From the NCBI GenBank assembly GCA_036149055.1, contig JAYZQJ010000227.1, positions 32,001-96,000 of the forward strand: a DNA stretch of 64,000 bases. Direction: 5' to 3'. A model generated the notes under the pieces. The model saw nothing but the letters and a program-made list of their open reading frames with translations. It did not search any database and had not been told where the DNA came from. Position 1 is the stretch's first letter. Every line of letters starts with the position of its first letter. The DNA comes from Myxococcota bacterium. GTDB taxonomy: Bacteria > Myxococcota_A > Polyangia > Polyangiales > Sandaracinaceae. The translations under genes and the position numbers were made by a program. Below, piece after piece: positions 37,375-48,491 of the stretch.

Positions 37375-38927
37375 AGAACCGACTCGTGTTGGCGCCCCTG
37401 CTCGCGCTCGCGGCGCCCGTGATGGGCTGCAGCAGCGACGCCCCCGGCGCGGCCTCGCTGCCGCCCGAGACGATGGGCCCGATCCCGTCTCGCACGGTGA
37501 CGCAGGGCGGCGCACAGGACATCGGCTTCTTCCGTTCGCAGGTGGGCGCGGGCGAGGTCCCGCGGCCCGACGCGATCGAGCCGGTCGGCTTCTTCGCCGA
37601 GCACGCGGTGGATCTGCCGCCCGCGGACTGCGGCGACACCGTCTGCCTCCACGCCAACCTCGCGGTGGCCCCGGGCATCGACCGGGAGTCCAACTGGACG
37701 ATGGCCTTCGTCGCCATGAACACGCCGGTCGACCCGCGTGAGCTCGAGCGGCCCGAGACCCACGTCGTGCTCGCCATCGAGGACACGACCCGCTCGGCGA
37801 CCGTCGCCGCCCACGCGCACCGGCTCCTCCGCGCCCTGACCGCCGAGCTGCTCGCCGGCGACCGGGTCAGCGTGGTCCGCATCGGTGAGTCGGCCCAGGT
37901 CCTCGCCGAGGGCCTCGCTCCCAGCGATCCCGCGCTCGCCGACGCCGTCGGCGGCCTGACCGCGACCGACGCGCGGGCCGCGCTCTACGACGGCCTCGCC
38001 CGGGCCGCGCAGCTCACCGACGGGCTCGAGGGCTTCGGCGGCGCGCACCGGGTCGTGCTCGTCACGAGCGGCGTGGCGGACGCGGGCATCACCGACGACA
38101 TGCGCATCGTGGCCCTCGGCGAGGCCCTCGCCGGCCAGGGCACCGGCGTCAGCGTCGTGGGCGTGGGCGAGGGCTACCGGCCCGAGCTCGCCGCGCAGAT
38201 CAGCGAGGGCGGCGGCGGCTCGTACTACTACGCGCAGGACGGCGACGACCTCGAGGAGATCTTCCGCCTCGAGGGCCGCACCTCGCTCTTCCCGCTCGCG
38301 ACCGGCTTCGAGCTCGTGGTCACCCCCTCTCCCGGCTACCGCGTCGGCCGCATCTACGGCGCGCGGCGCGCGTGGGCCGAGGAGGCGGGCGCCCACCTGG
38401 CGAGCCCGGTGCTCATGGTCGGCAACCGGACCGGCGCCGAGGACGTCACCGAGGGTCGGCGCGGCGGCGGCGGCGGCCTCTTCGTCGAGCTCATCGCGGA
38501 CGCGACCTCGGGCATGGGCTCGGGCGCGCCCGCCTTCATCGTGACCGGCACCTGGACCGACGCCCAGACCGGCGAGACGGTGGAGCAGAGCCTGACGGTC
38601 GCGAACGGCCTCGCCCCCGGCGAGAACCCGGGCGGCATGTTCCCGCACTTCGCCGACCCGCTCCGCGGCAAGGCCTTCATGATGCTGAACATGTACCTCG
38701 CCTTGCGGGCGACCACCGAGCTCTACCACGGCGGCAACTGCCCCGAGTCGCTCGGCATCGAGCCCGCGCTCCTGGCCACCTACGAGGGCTGGCAGGCCGA
38801 GTACGACGATCCCGACATCGACGCGGACTGGGCGCTCCTCACCGCGCTCTCCGACAACGTCCAGTCCCGCTGCGGCGCCGTCGAGCCGGCCCCGCCCAAC
38901 GTCCCCATGTCCTGCTTCCACGACTGA
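37371..38927 (+). CDS. VWA-domain lipoprotein (degenerate MIDAS)
   Basis: Lipobox VMGC, TQGGAQDIGFFR, LYDGL, RVVLVTSGVA, VVGVG..Y..EL...GGGSYYY. ATGA overlap with the upstream gene. Confidence 0.8.
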   Translation: MKNRLVLAPLLALAAPVMGCSSDAPGAASLPPETMGPIPSRTVTQGGAQDIGFFRSQVGAGEVPRPDAIEPVGFFAEHAVDLPPADCGDTVCLHANLAVAPGIDRESNWTMAFVAMNTPVDPRELERPETHVVLAIEDTTRSATVAAHAHRLLRALTAELLAGDRVSVVRIGESAQVLAEGLAPSDPALADAVGGLTATDARAALYDGLARAAQLTDGLEGFGGAHRVVLVTSGVADAGITDDMRIVALGEALAGQGTGVSVVGVGEGYRPELAAQISEGGGGSYYYAQDGDDLEEIFRLEGRTSLFPLATGFELVVTPSPGYRVGRIYGARRAWAEEAGAHLASPVLMVGNRTGAEDVTEGRRGGGGGLFVELIADATSGMGSGAPAFIVTGTWTDAQTGETVEQSLTVANGLAPGENPGGMFPHFADPLRGKAFMMLNMYLALRATTELYHGGNCPESLGIEPALLATYEGWQAEYDDPDIDADWALLTALSDNVQSRCGAVEPAPPNVPMSCFHD

Positions 38928-39260
38928 GTTTGCTGGGCAGGGGCGGGTCCGCCCCCGCCCCCCCGCTGCGCCGGCACAACGGCGCGCGGCTCCGGGCGCA
39001 TCCGCGCCCTACGCACGCGCCGCTGCACCGGCTCCGCGGGGCCCCCCCTACCCACTCCGCGCGCGTCGCTCCGCTCGCGCGCGACCCCAGCGCGGGGCGC
39101 TGGGTCCCCTGCGGCTCGCGCTCGCGCTGCGCGCGAGCTGGCCGCCCGCTGCCGCGGGATCGAACCCGACGCGTCGCGCGTGCGGCGACCTCGCTCCGCT
39201 CGTCGCCTTCCGTGATCGCGCTCGGACTACGGCGTGGGCTCGACCTCGGGGGCGGGCCCA

Positions 39261-39470
39261 GGCTCGGATCCGGACTCGGATTCGGATTCGGACTCGGACT
39301 CGGATTCGGGCTCGGATTCGGGCTCGGATTCGGATTCGGGCTCGGACTCGGGCTCGGATTCGGACTCGGACTCGGACTCGGGCTCGGATTCGGACTCGGA
39401 CTCGGGCTCGGATTCGGGCTCGAATTCGGACTCGGACTCGGGCTCGGATTCGGATCCGGGGCTCGGATCC
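39261..39470. repeat. hexanucleotide tandem repeat (G[A/G][C/T]TCG)n, about 33-35 units
   Basis: Continuous ggctcg/gattcg/gactcg units. Confidence 0.95.
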
Positions 39471-39480
39471 GGCGAACGAG

Positions 39481-40030
39481 CAGCGGACCGAGCCCCGGCG
39501 AGCCGCCATCCCGCTGCCCGCCAGCCCCTTGGCGGCTTGGCGCCTTTGCGAGAGCCAACTTCGAGCTCGACGCCGATTCGCCCAAGAAGCAGCGGACCGA
39601 GCCCCGGCGAGCCGCCATCCCGCTGCCGGCCAGCCCCTTGGCGGCTTGGCGCCTTTGCGAGAGCCAACGTCGAGCTCGACGCCGATTCGCCCAAGAAGCA
39701 GCAGACCGAGCCCCGGCGAGCCGCCATCCCGCTGCCGGCCAGCCCCTTGGCGGCTTGGCGCCTTTGCGAGAGCCACTTCGAGCTCGACGCCGATTCGCCC
39801 AAGAAGCAGCGGACCGAGCCCCGGCGAGCCGCCATCCCGCCGCCCGCCACGACCTCTGCGCCTCTGCGACTCTGCGAGAGACAAATTCGAACCCAACGCT
39901 GATTCGCCAGACGAGCAGCGGACCGAGCCCCGGCGAGCCGCCATCCCGCTGCCGGCCTGCCCCTTGGCGGCTTGGCGCCTTTGCGAGAGCCAACTTCGAG
40001 CTCGACGCCGATTCGCCCAAGAAGCAGCGG
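39481..40030. repeat. 109-bp tandem repeat, five copies plus a partial sixth
   Basis: Units beginning cagcggaccgagccccggcgagccgccatcccg start at 39481, 39590, 39699, 39807, 39916 and 40025. Confidence 0.95.
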
Positions 40031-40167
40031 AGCCCACTCCGATTCAACGCTGATTCGGCTCGGGGCGGCTGGGTTTGGGGTGTCGCGTCCTCGGTTCCGT
40101 GGAAACATCTCGGAGCGGGGGAAGTGGTTTGACGGTGACGGTGGGCGATCCCAGAGTCGGGCGAGCG

Positions 40168-41208
40168 ATGCTGGCGCGGCGGGAGGGAAGTTGGCTCTGG
40201 GAGGTGCGTTCCCTGGTGGACGAGCGCCTCGCCGCCTTCTTCGACGCGAAGCGCAGCTCGGCGGCCTCGCTGGCCCCCGAGGCGGTGGAGCTGGTCGAGG
40301 CGGTCGCGATGCTGACCCTCCGCGGGGGCAAGCGCCTGCGGCCCGCGCTGCTGGTGGCCGCCCACCGCGCGGTCCGGCCGGAGGGGCGCGCGGACGAGGT
40401 GACGGACGCGTGCGCGGCGCTCGAGCTGCTGCAGTCGTACCTGCTCATCCACGACGACTGGATGGACCACGACGAGGAGCGGCGCGGCGGTCCCTCGGTG
40501 CACGTCGCGCTGCGGGAGGCCCACGGCGGGGACCCGCACCTCGGCGCGAGCCTCGCGATCCTCGCCGGCAACCTCGCGTCGGCCCAGGCGTGGGACCTGC
40601 TGGCCGGCGGCGCGTGGCCGGCGGAGACGAAGGCGCGCGCGATCGCCGTCTTCCTGGAGATGCACCAGGAGGTGGTGTTCGGGCAGCAGCTCGATCTGCT
40701 CGCGAGCGAGAACGTCTCCCTGATGCAGCAGCTCAAGACCGGCAGCTACACGGTGCGCGGCCCGCTCCTGCTCGGCGCGGCGCTCGCCGGCGCGGGAGAG
40801 GCGGAGCGCGCGGCGCTCGAGGCGTACGGCAACCCGCTCGGCGAGGCCTTCCAGATGCGGGACGATCTCCTCGGCACCTTCGGCGACCCGCGGGCCACCG
40901 GGAAGCCGGCGGGCGGCGACATCCGGGCCGGCAAACGGACCGCGCTCGTGCGGGCGGCCGAGGAGCGTGCCTCCCGGGCCGACCTCGACGCGTTCCGGGC
41001 GGTGCTGGGCCGGGCGGACGCCTCGGACGCGGACGTCGCGGGCGCGGCGGAGCTCCTGACCGCGTGCGGGGCGAAGGCGGCGGTCGAGGCCCGCCTCGGG
41101 GCGCTCCTCGACGAGGCGCGGGCGGCGCTCGACACCCGCGCGCTGAGGGCTCCGGGCACGGAGATGCTCTCGGAGCTGGCGAATCGCCTCGCAGTCCGCG
41201 ATAGATGA
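40168..41208 (+). CDS. polyprenyl diphosphate (FPP/GGPP) synthase
   Basis: GGKRLRP, LIHDDWMDHDEERRG, KTGSY, AFQMRDDLL, GDIRAGKRT. Confidence 0.92.
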   Translation: MLARREGSWLWEVRSLVDERLAAFFDAKRSSAASLAPEAVELVEAVAMLTLRGGKRLRPALLVAAHRAVRPEGRADEVTDACAALELLQSYLLIHDDWMDHDEERRGGPSVHVALREAHGGDPHLGASLAILAGNLASAQAWDLLAGGAWPAETKARAIAVFLEMHQEVVFGQQLDLLASENVSLMQQLKTGSYTVRGPLLLGAALAGAGEAERAALEAYGNPLGEAFQMRDDLLGTFGDPRATGKPAGGDIRAGKRTALVRAAEERASRADLDAFRAVLGRADASDADVAGAAELLTACGAKAAVEARLGALLDEARAALDTRALRAPGTEMLSELANRLAVRDR

Positions 41209-41212
41209 GCCC

Positions 41213-42133
41213 ATGACGACGGAGAGGCCGTTCGGCCGAGGCAAGGTGATCCTCCTCGGCGAGCACGCGGTGGTGTACGGCACGCCCGCGCTCGCCGCCG
41301 GGATCGAGCGCGGCGTCGCGGCCCGCGTGGAGGAGGCGGAGGCGTTCCAGCTCGCCATCCCGACCTGGGACCTGGAGCTGGCGATCGACGCCGACGAGGA
41401 TCTGGCGCGCGCGTTCGCCGCGCTCGTGGAGACCCACCCCGATCGGGCCGCCCTGAAGCCGGTGCGGGTGACCCTGGACGTCGCGCTCCCGGCGGGCGCG
41501 GGGCTCGGCTGCTCGGCCGCGGTCGGGGTCGCGGTCTGCCGGGCGCTCGACGCCTCGGTCGGGCGCGCGGATCCCGACGCCGCCATCGGCGAGCGCACCC
41601 TGGCGTGGGAGCGCGTCTTCCACGGCAACCCGTCGGGCATCGACAACGCGGTGTCGGCCCACGGCGGCGTCGTCGTGTTCCGGCGGGGGGAGCCGCTCGA
41701 GCCGGTGACCCCGAAGAGCCCGCTCCACCTGGTCATCGGAGACAGCCGCGAGAGCGCCTCCACCAAGGCGATGGTGGCCGAGGTCGCGCGTCAGAAGGAG
41801 CGCGATCCGAAGCGCTTCCAGAAGACCCTCGATGGGGTGTCCTCGCTCGTCCAGAACGCGCGGCTGGCGATCGAGGCCGGAGATTGGTACGGGCTCGGCC
41901 AACTCATGAACCTGAACCACGCTCTGTTGAACACCCTCATGCTCTCCACCGCGCGTCTCGAAGAGATGTGCGCCGCGGCCCGGCACGCCGGCGCCCACGG
42001 CGCCAAGCTCACCGGCTCGGGCGGCGGCGGCTGCATGATCGCCCTGGCCGAGGACGAGGACGCGGCCGCGTCGATCGCCGAGGCCATCCGCGAGACCGGC
42101 CACGACGCCTTCACCACCCGGGTGGACCGATGA
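41213..42133 (+). CDS. mvk: mevalonate kinase
   Basis: GKVILLGEHAVVYG, PAGAGLGCSAA, HGNPSGID, AKLTGSGGGGC. Confidence 0.95.
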   Translation: MTTERPFGRGKVILLGEHAVVYGTPALAAGIERGVAARVEEAEAFQLAIPTWDLELAIDADEDLARAFAALVETHPDRAALKPVRVTLDVALPAGAGLGCSAAVGVAVCRALDASVGRADPDAAIGERTLAWERVFHGNPSGIDNAVSAHGGVVVFRRGEPLEPVTPKSPLHLVIGDSRESASTKAMVAEVARQKERDPKRFQKTLDGVSSLVQNARLAIEAGDWYGLGQLMNLNHALLNTLMLSTARLEEMCAAARHAGAHGAKLTGSGGGGCMIALAEDEDAAASIAEAIRETGHDAFTTRVDR

Positions 42134-43137
42134 GCGGCGCGGCCAGGGCCACCGCCTGCGCGAACATCGCGCTCGCGAAGTACTGGGGCAAGGCCGACGA
42201 CGGCCTGAACCTGCCGGCGGTCCCGAGCGTCTCGATCACGCTCGATCCGCTGGTCACCGAGACCACCGTCACCTTCGACGAAGGTCTCACCGAAGATGCA
42301 TTCGCGCTCGACGGCGAGCCGGCGCGGGCGGGCGAGCTGAAGCGGGTGAGCGCGCTCCTCGACGAGGTCCGCCGCGAGGCCGGCTTCGAGACGCGGGCCC
42401 GTGTCACGAGCGACAACCGATTCCCCACCGCGGCCGGGCTCGCCTCAAGCGCGTCGGGCTTCGCGGCCCTCGCCGGCGCCGCCAGCGCCGCGGCCGGGCT
42501 CGCGCCGTCGCTCGAGGAGCTCTCCGCCCGGGCGCGCCGGGCCAGCGCGTCGGCCGCCCGGTCGATCTACGGCGGCTTCGTGGAGCTCCCCGCCGGCCGT
42601 GAGGGCCGGGACGCCCTGGCCGCGCGCCAGCTCGCCGGGCCCGAGCACTGGGATCTCCGGGTGGTCGTGGCGGTCACCGCCGAGGGCCGCAAGCCGGTCG
42701 GCTCCCGCTCCGCGATGGGCGAGAGCCGCCACTCCTCGATGTTCTACGACGCGTGGGTCGAGGGCTCGCGTCGCCTCTGCACCGAGATCGAGGAGGCGCT
42801 GATGGACCGCGACTTCCCGCGCCTCGCGCCCCTGGTCGAGCAGAGCTTCTTCGCCATGCACGGGGTGGCGATGGCGTCGATCCCGCCGGTCCTCTACTGG
42901 CAGGGCGGGAGCGTCGCGGCGCTGCACGCGGTCCGCCGCCTCCGCGAGGACGACGGGCTCTCGGTGTGCGCGACCATGGACGCCGGGCCCCACGTGAAGG
43001 CCATCTGCACCGCCGCCGACGCCGACGCGGTGGCGAAGGGCCTCGAGGCCACCGACGGCGTGCTCCGGACCCTGGTCACGAAGCCCGGTCCCGGTATCTC
43101 CATCGAGACCATCCCGGCCGAGACCGAGGCCTCGTGA
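42130..43137 (+). CDS. mvaD: diphosphomevalonate decarboxylase
   Basis: NIALAKYWGK, PTAAGLASSASGFAAL, SASAARSIYGGF, TMDAGPHVK. Confidence 0.95.
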   Translation: MSGAARATACANIALAKYWGKADDGLNLPAVPSVSITLDPLVTETTVTFDEGLTEDAFALDGEPARAGELKRVSALLDEVRREAGFETRARVTSDNRFPTAAGLASSASGFAALAGAASAAAGLAPSLEELSARARRASASAARSIYGGFVELPAGREGRDALAARQLAGPEHWDLRVVVAVTAEGRKPVGSRSAMGESRHSSMFYDAWVEGSRRLCTEIEEALMDRDFPRLAPLVEQSFFAMHGVAMASIPPVLYWQGGSVAALHAVRRLREDDGLSVCATMDAGPHVKAICTAADADAVAKGLEATDGVLRTLVTKPGPGISIETIPAETEAS

Positions 43138-44096
43138 TCACCCTGAGCGCCCCCGGAAAGCTCATGATCTCCGGGGAGTACGTGGTGCTCGACGGGGTCG
43201 AGGCGCTGGTGGCGGCGGTCGATCGACGCCTGGTGGCCGTCGCTTCACGGACCCCGATCGACGGCTCACCCGGGCGAGGCGTCGGCTCGCCCGAGGGGCC
43301 GGGACTCCCCCCGGAGGCTCTGCTAGCCCGTCAACATGCCGAGGAAGCCCTCGGCGCCACCGACATGCAGCTCACCATCGACGCCAGCGCCCTGCGGAGC
43401 GCGGACCAGAAGCTCGGGCTCGGCTCGTCGTCGGCCGCCTCGGCCGCGGCGGCGGGCGCGGTGGTGGCGTCTCACGGAGGAGACGTCGCGAGTGAGCGCC
43501 GGCGCATCCTGGAGTGGGCGCTGCGCGGGCACCGGGCGATCGCGCCGCAGGGCAGCGGGGCCGACGTGGCCGCGGCGACCCTCGGCGGGCTGGTGCGCTT
43601 CGAGCGGGCTCGCGCCGAGGAGGCTCAGGTCGTCGAGTGGCCCGAGGATCTGCGGGTCGAGGTCGTGTGGACGGGCAAGCCCGCGCGGACGAGCGAGCTG
43701 GTCGCGAAGGTGCGCGCGCTCCGCGAGCGGGACCCGGCCGGCTACCGCGCGGTCGCCACGCCCCTGCGCGACGCGGCCGGCGCGCTGCTCGACGCGGTGC
43801 TGGCGGGAGACGCGGCGCGCACCGCCGAGGCCGCCGACGCGCACGGCGCGGCGATGGGCGCGCTCGGGGAGGCGTCGGACGCGCCGATCGTCACGCCCCT
43901 GCTCGCCGAGGCCGCGAGGCTCGCGCGCGCGCACGGCGGCGGGGCCAAGCCGAGCGGCGCGGGCGGCGGCGACGTGGCGCTCGCGTTCTTCAGCGGCGAT
44001 GATGACGCGGCGGCCTTTCGGCGCGCCTGCCCCGCGGCGGGGCTGGACCTACTGTCCGTGCAGCTGGGCGCCGAAGGCGTCCGGCGCGATCCCTGA
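43134..44096 (+). CDS. phosphomevalonate kinase (GHMP family)
   Basis: SAPGKLMISGEYVVL, KLGLGSSSAA, GSGADVAA, KPSGAGGGD, and operon context. Confidence 0.88.
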   Translation: MITLSAPGKLMISGEYVVLDGVEALVAAVDRRLVAVASRTPIDGSPGRGVGSPEGPGLPPEALLARQHAEEALGATDMQLTIDASALRSADQKLGLGSSSAASAAAAGAVVASHGGDVASERRRILEWALRGHRAIAPQGSGADVAAATLGGLVRFERARAEEAQVVEWPEDLRVEVVWTGKPARTSELVAKVRALRERDPAGYRAVATPLRDAAGALLDAVLAGDAARTAEAADAHGAAMGALGEASDAPIVTPLLAEAARLARAHGGGAKPSGAGGGDVALAFFSGDDDAAAFRRACPAAGLDLLSVQLGAEGVRRDP

Positions 44097-44111
44097 ACGA
44101 ACGGCGACTCC

Positions 44112-45416
<1,305 letters not shown>

Positions 45417-46673
45417 TCACACCGCCGAGACGATCTTGCGCAGCTTGCCGCGGCGCGAGAGCGGGATCTCGGCCACGTCCCGGATCTCCAGGCGGGCGTC
45501 GTCCCCGAGCAGCTCGGTCAGGCTGCGGCGCAGCGCGTCGTGGGCCGGCGCGCCCTCCCAGACCACGGTGAGCTCGAAGCGATCGGGCGCGTGCTGGGTG
45601 AGCCGGTACTGCCGGATGCCCGGGAGCCGCTCGACCCGAGGCGCGAGCACGCGCGGGCCGAGGCGCCGCCCGTCGGCGAGGGTGAGGATGTCGTCCGCTC
45701 GCCCTTCGGTCAGCGCGATCCGCGGCAGCCCCCGGCCACACGCGCAGCGCCCGGCGACGGTCATGCCCTCGTCGCCGATCGCGTAGCGGATCAAGGGCAT
45801 GAGCCGGTTGCGCAGCCCGGTGACGAGGAGGCGGCCGGAGACCCCTGGAGAGAGCACGTCGCCTTCGTCGTCCACCGCCTCGACGTGCACGGTGTCGGCC
45901 TCGACGTGCAACGCGTCGTGCAGCTCGCAGTCCCACGCGACGCGGTTGACCTCCTGGGCGCCGTACTGGTTCCAGACCGGGCAGCGGAACACGCGCGCGA
46001 TCTCGTCTCGGATCGGCGGCGCGAGCAGCTCGCCGTGACAGATGATGCCCTCGGGCCGCAGATCCACCCGCTCCGCCTCCACGATGCGGGCGATCATCAT
46101 CATCACGGTGGGGAAGTTGTAGATGTAGCGCGGCTGGAGGCGGATCAGCTGCGCGAGCTGCGCGCGCGGGTCCGGGTCGAGCGGGAGGAGGTGCTTCCGC
46201 ATGAGGCCCGCCCGCTCGTACGCCTTCTCCGCCCGCTCCTCCTCCCACCAGAAGTAGGCCATCGAGTGCCACGGGCGGTAGCCGGTCGCGAAGAGGGCGC
46301 GCGCGTAGGCCGCGTCCAGCCAGTCGTTCGCCTCGGCGGAGTAGGCGATCTCCATGAACAGCCCGCTCGACCCGGAGGTGCGGAAGACGACGTCCGACGC
46401 GCGCGGCGGCCTCGAGAGCGCCTCGTCCGGGTAGGCCTCGACGAGCTCCTCGCGGGTGAGGATGGGGAAGTGCCGGAGGTCGGCCAGCGTGCGCAGGTCC
46501 GCCGCGCTCACCCCGGCCGCCCGGAAGCGACGACGGTAGAGGGGCACCCGCGCCTCGCAGAAGCGCACCATGTCCTTCAGCAACCGGAGCTGACGCTGCT
46601 CGATCGCGACCCGCGACCGCCACTGGTTGGCCTGCAGGGTGGCGAGGTGACCGAGCTTTCGGACGAGCGGCAC
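45417..46673 (-). CDS. phenylacetate-CoA ligase/CapK-like adenylate-forming enzyme
   Basis: VPLYR, RTSGSSG, YGAQE, MPLIRYAIGD, EGRADD, GKLRKIVS. Confidence 0.85.
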   Translation of the reverse strand: MPLVRKLGHLATLQANQWRSRVAIEQRQLRLLKDMVRFCEARVPLYRRRFRAAGVSAADLRTLADLRHFPILTREELVEAYPDEALSRPPRASDVVFRTSGSSGLFMEIAYSAEANDWLDAAYARALFATGYRPWHSMAYFWWEEERAEKAYERAGLMRKHLLPLDPDPRAQLAQLIRLQPRYIYNFPTVMMMIARIVEAERVDLRPEGIICHGELLAPPIRDEIARVFRCPVWNQYGAQEVNRVAWDCELHDALHVEADTVHVEAVDDEGDVLSPGVSGRLLVTGLRNRLMPLIRYAIGDEGMTVAGRCACGRGLPRIALTEGRADDILTLADGRRLGPRVLAPRVERLPGIRQYRLTQHAPDRFELTVVWEGAPAHDALRRSLTELLGDDARLEIRDVAEIPLSRRGKLRKIVSAV

Positions 46674-46693
46674 CCCCCGGAGGGTAGTCCCGG

Positions 46694-47122
46694 TCAGTCC
46701 ATCTCGGCGACCACCTTCAGGAGGTCGTGGCTGGTGACGATTCCGACGAGCTCGTTCTTGGCGTCGACCACCGGGAGGCAGTCGAAGCGCGCCTCGACCA
46801 TCTTGCGGGCCGCGACCGAGATCGGCGTCTCCGGCAGCACGGTCTGGGGCTGCTGGGTCATGATCGCGCGGACGAAGGTGTTCGCCTTGTACATCGCGTC
46901 CTTCGAGGCGGCCGCGGGCCCGCGCTCGAGCTGGCTCACGGTGAAGCGGAAGAGATCCCGCTGACTCAGCAGCCCCACCAGGGTGCGGTCGTCCACCACC
47001 GGGAGGTGACGGAAGCGGAATCGCTCCATGTCGAAGGCCACCTCGGCGAGGTTGTCCTCCTCGTGAAGCACGACGACCTCGTCGGTCATGATCTCGCTGA
47101 CGGTCCGGCTCATGGCCGTCAT
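46694..47122 (-). CDS. CBS domain protein
   Basis: VSEIMT, RHLPVVD...LVGLLSQRD, CLPVVD...LVGIVTSHD. Confidence 0.9.
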   Translation of the reverse strand: MTAMSRTVSEIMTDEVVVLHEEDNLAEVAFDMERFRFRHLPVVDDRTLVGLLSQRDLFRFTVSQLERGPAAASKDAMYKANTFVRAIMTQQPQTVLPETPISVAARKMVEARFDCLPVVDAKNELVGIVTSHDLLKVVAEMD

Positions 47123-47159
47123 GTTCCCACCGCCGAACGTCGCGCAATGGCGACAGTGA

Positions 47160-48491
47160 CTAAATCAGCGGGCCGGTGCAGAAGCGTCGGTCGCCGAAGC
47201 AGTCGGTCTCGACCCCGAAGGCCTGCGCGATGCTGGTCAGCAGGTCGTTGTGGCTCGCGCCGTCGAAACGCAGGTGACGCCCCATCTCGAAGCCGCCGCC
47301 GCCGCCCGCGAGCACGAAGGGCATGTTGCGTCGCTGATGGCTGTTGCCCTTGCCGAGCTCGTTGCCCCACACGACGAGGGTGTTGTCGAGCAGGGTGCCG
47401 TCGCCCTCCGGGATCGCGTCGAGCTTGCCCAGGAGCGCCGCGAACTGCTCCGCGTACCAGGTGTTGATCTGGGTGAGCTTCTCTTGCGCGCCGCCGTTGG
47501 AGTCGCCCTCGTGCGAGAGGTCGTGGTGGCGATCGGTGAAGCCGAGGTGCGGGAAGCTCATCTGACCGACCGAGCGGTTCCACTGCAGGCTGCCCACCCG
47601 GGTCAGGTCGCAGGCGAAGGCCATCGTCACCAGCTCGCTCATGTGGTCGACGAGCGCCGGGAAGTGATCGGGGCTGCGCAGGTCGGTGATCGGGCTGCCG
47701 AGCTCGGGCGCGGCGCAGGCGGCGCCGAAGGCGGGCGAGGTCTCGAGCCGGCGCTCGAGCTCGCGGACCGACTCGAGGTGCGAGTCGAGCTTGCGGCGAT
47801 CGTCGCTGCCCAGGCGAGGCCGGAGCCGGTCGAAGTCCTGGCGCGTGAAGTCGAGCACGCTGCGCCGGAGGGCCCGGCGTCGCTCCACCCCGGTGCGGTC
47901 CTCGCCGAGATCGCCGAAGAGCCGGTCGAACGCCTGCCAGGGGTCGTCCTCGGGCGGCAGGGGCTCCCCGGCCGCGCGGTAGACCATGCGCGTCCAGACG
48001 TTCTCCGCCCGCCCGACGTCGACGCCGAGCTCGATGGAGGGGAAGGTCGCGTCGGCGCCGATCTGCCGCGCCACCGCCTGGTCGATGCTGAGGCTGCTCG
48101 CCCAGGAGACCGGCGGGCAGGAGTCGCAGCCACCCATGACGTCGCCGGGGAGGAGCTCCACGCCGGTCCAGAGGCAGCCCATGCCCTTCTGGTGTCCGTC
48201 GCCGGGGCCGGTGTAGGAGATCTGCTGGTCGACGCCCTGCAGGATCAGGAGCTTCTCGCGGAACGGCTCGAGCGACGACAGGATGCGCTTCAGCCGGAAG
48301 CCCGAGCCGGTCTCGTCGGGGAAGAACTCGCCGGGGATGGTGCCGTTCGGGCTGAACACGAGCAGCAGCCGCTTGGGCGCGGCGGACGGCTGCGCCTCGC
48401 CCCGGAGGATCTTCCAGAAGGGCACGGTCAGGGCGGTCGCGCCGGCGGCGCCGACGAACCCGCGGCGGGTCCACTTCGTGAGCGGCTTCAT
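47160..48491 (-). CDS. DUF1552 domain protein (Tat signal)
   Basis: TRRGFV, KRLLLVFSPNG, SIDQ, KLDSHLESVRELERRL, AFACDLTRV, HHDLSH, GTLLDNT. Confidence 0.88.
   Translation of the reverse strand: MKPLTKWTRRGFVGAAGATALTVPFWKILRGEAQPSAAPKRLLLVFSPNGTIPGEFFPDETGSGFRLKRILSSLEPFREKLLILQGVDQQISYTGPGDGHQKGMGCLWTGVELLPGDVMGGCDSCPPVSWASSLSIDQAVARQIGADATFPSIELGVDVGRAENVWTRMVYRAAGEPLPPEDDPWQAFDRLFGDLGEDRTGVERRRALRRSVLDFTRQDFDRLRPRLGSDDRRKLDSHLESVRELERRLETSPAFGAACAAPELGSPITDLRSPDHFPALVDHMSELVTMAFACDLTRVGSLQWNRSVGQMSFPHLGFTDRHHDLSHEGDSNGGAQEKLTQINTWYAEQFAALLGKLDAIPEGDGTLLDNTLVVWGNELGKGNSHQRRNMPFVLAGGGGGFEMGRHLRFDGASHNDLLTSIAQAFGVETDCFGDRRFCTGPLI

Noticed and set aside
39481..40030. CRISPR array
   Set aside because: The units are near-identical along their whole length, with no unique spacers, and there are no cas genes in the window.
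38839..40132. ORFs through the repeat region (SD-, ES-, PN-, GF- and IR-repeat translations)
   Set aside because: The repeats lack stop codons, so several frames stay open. There is no credible RBS, and the 109-bp period breaks frame.
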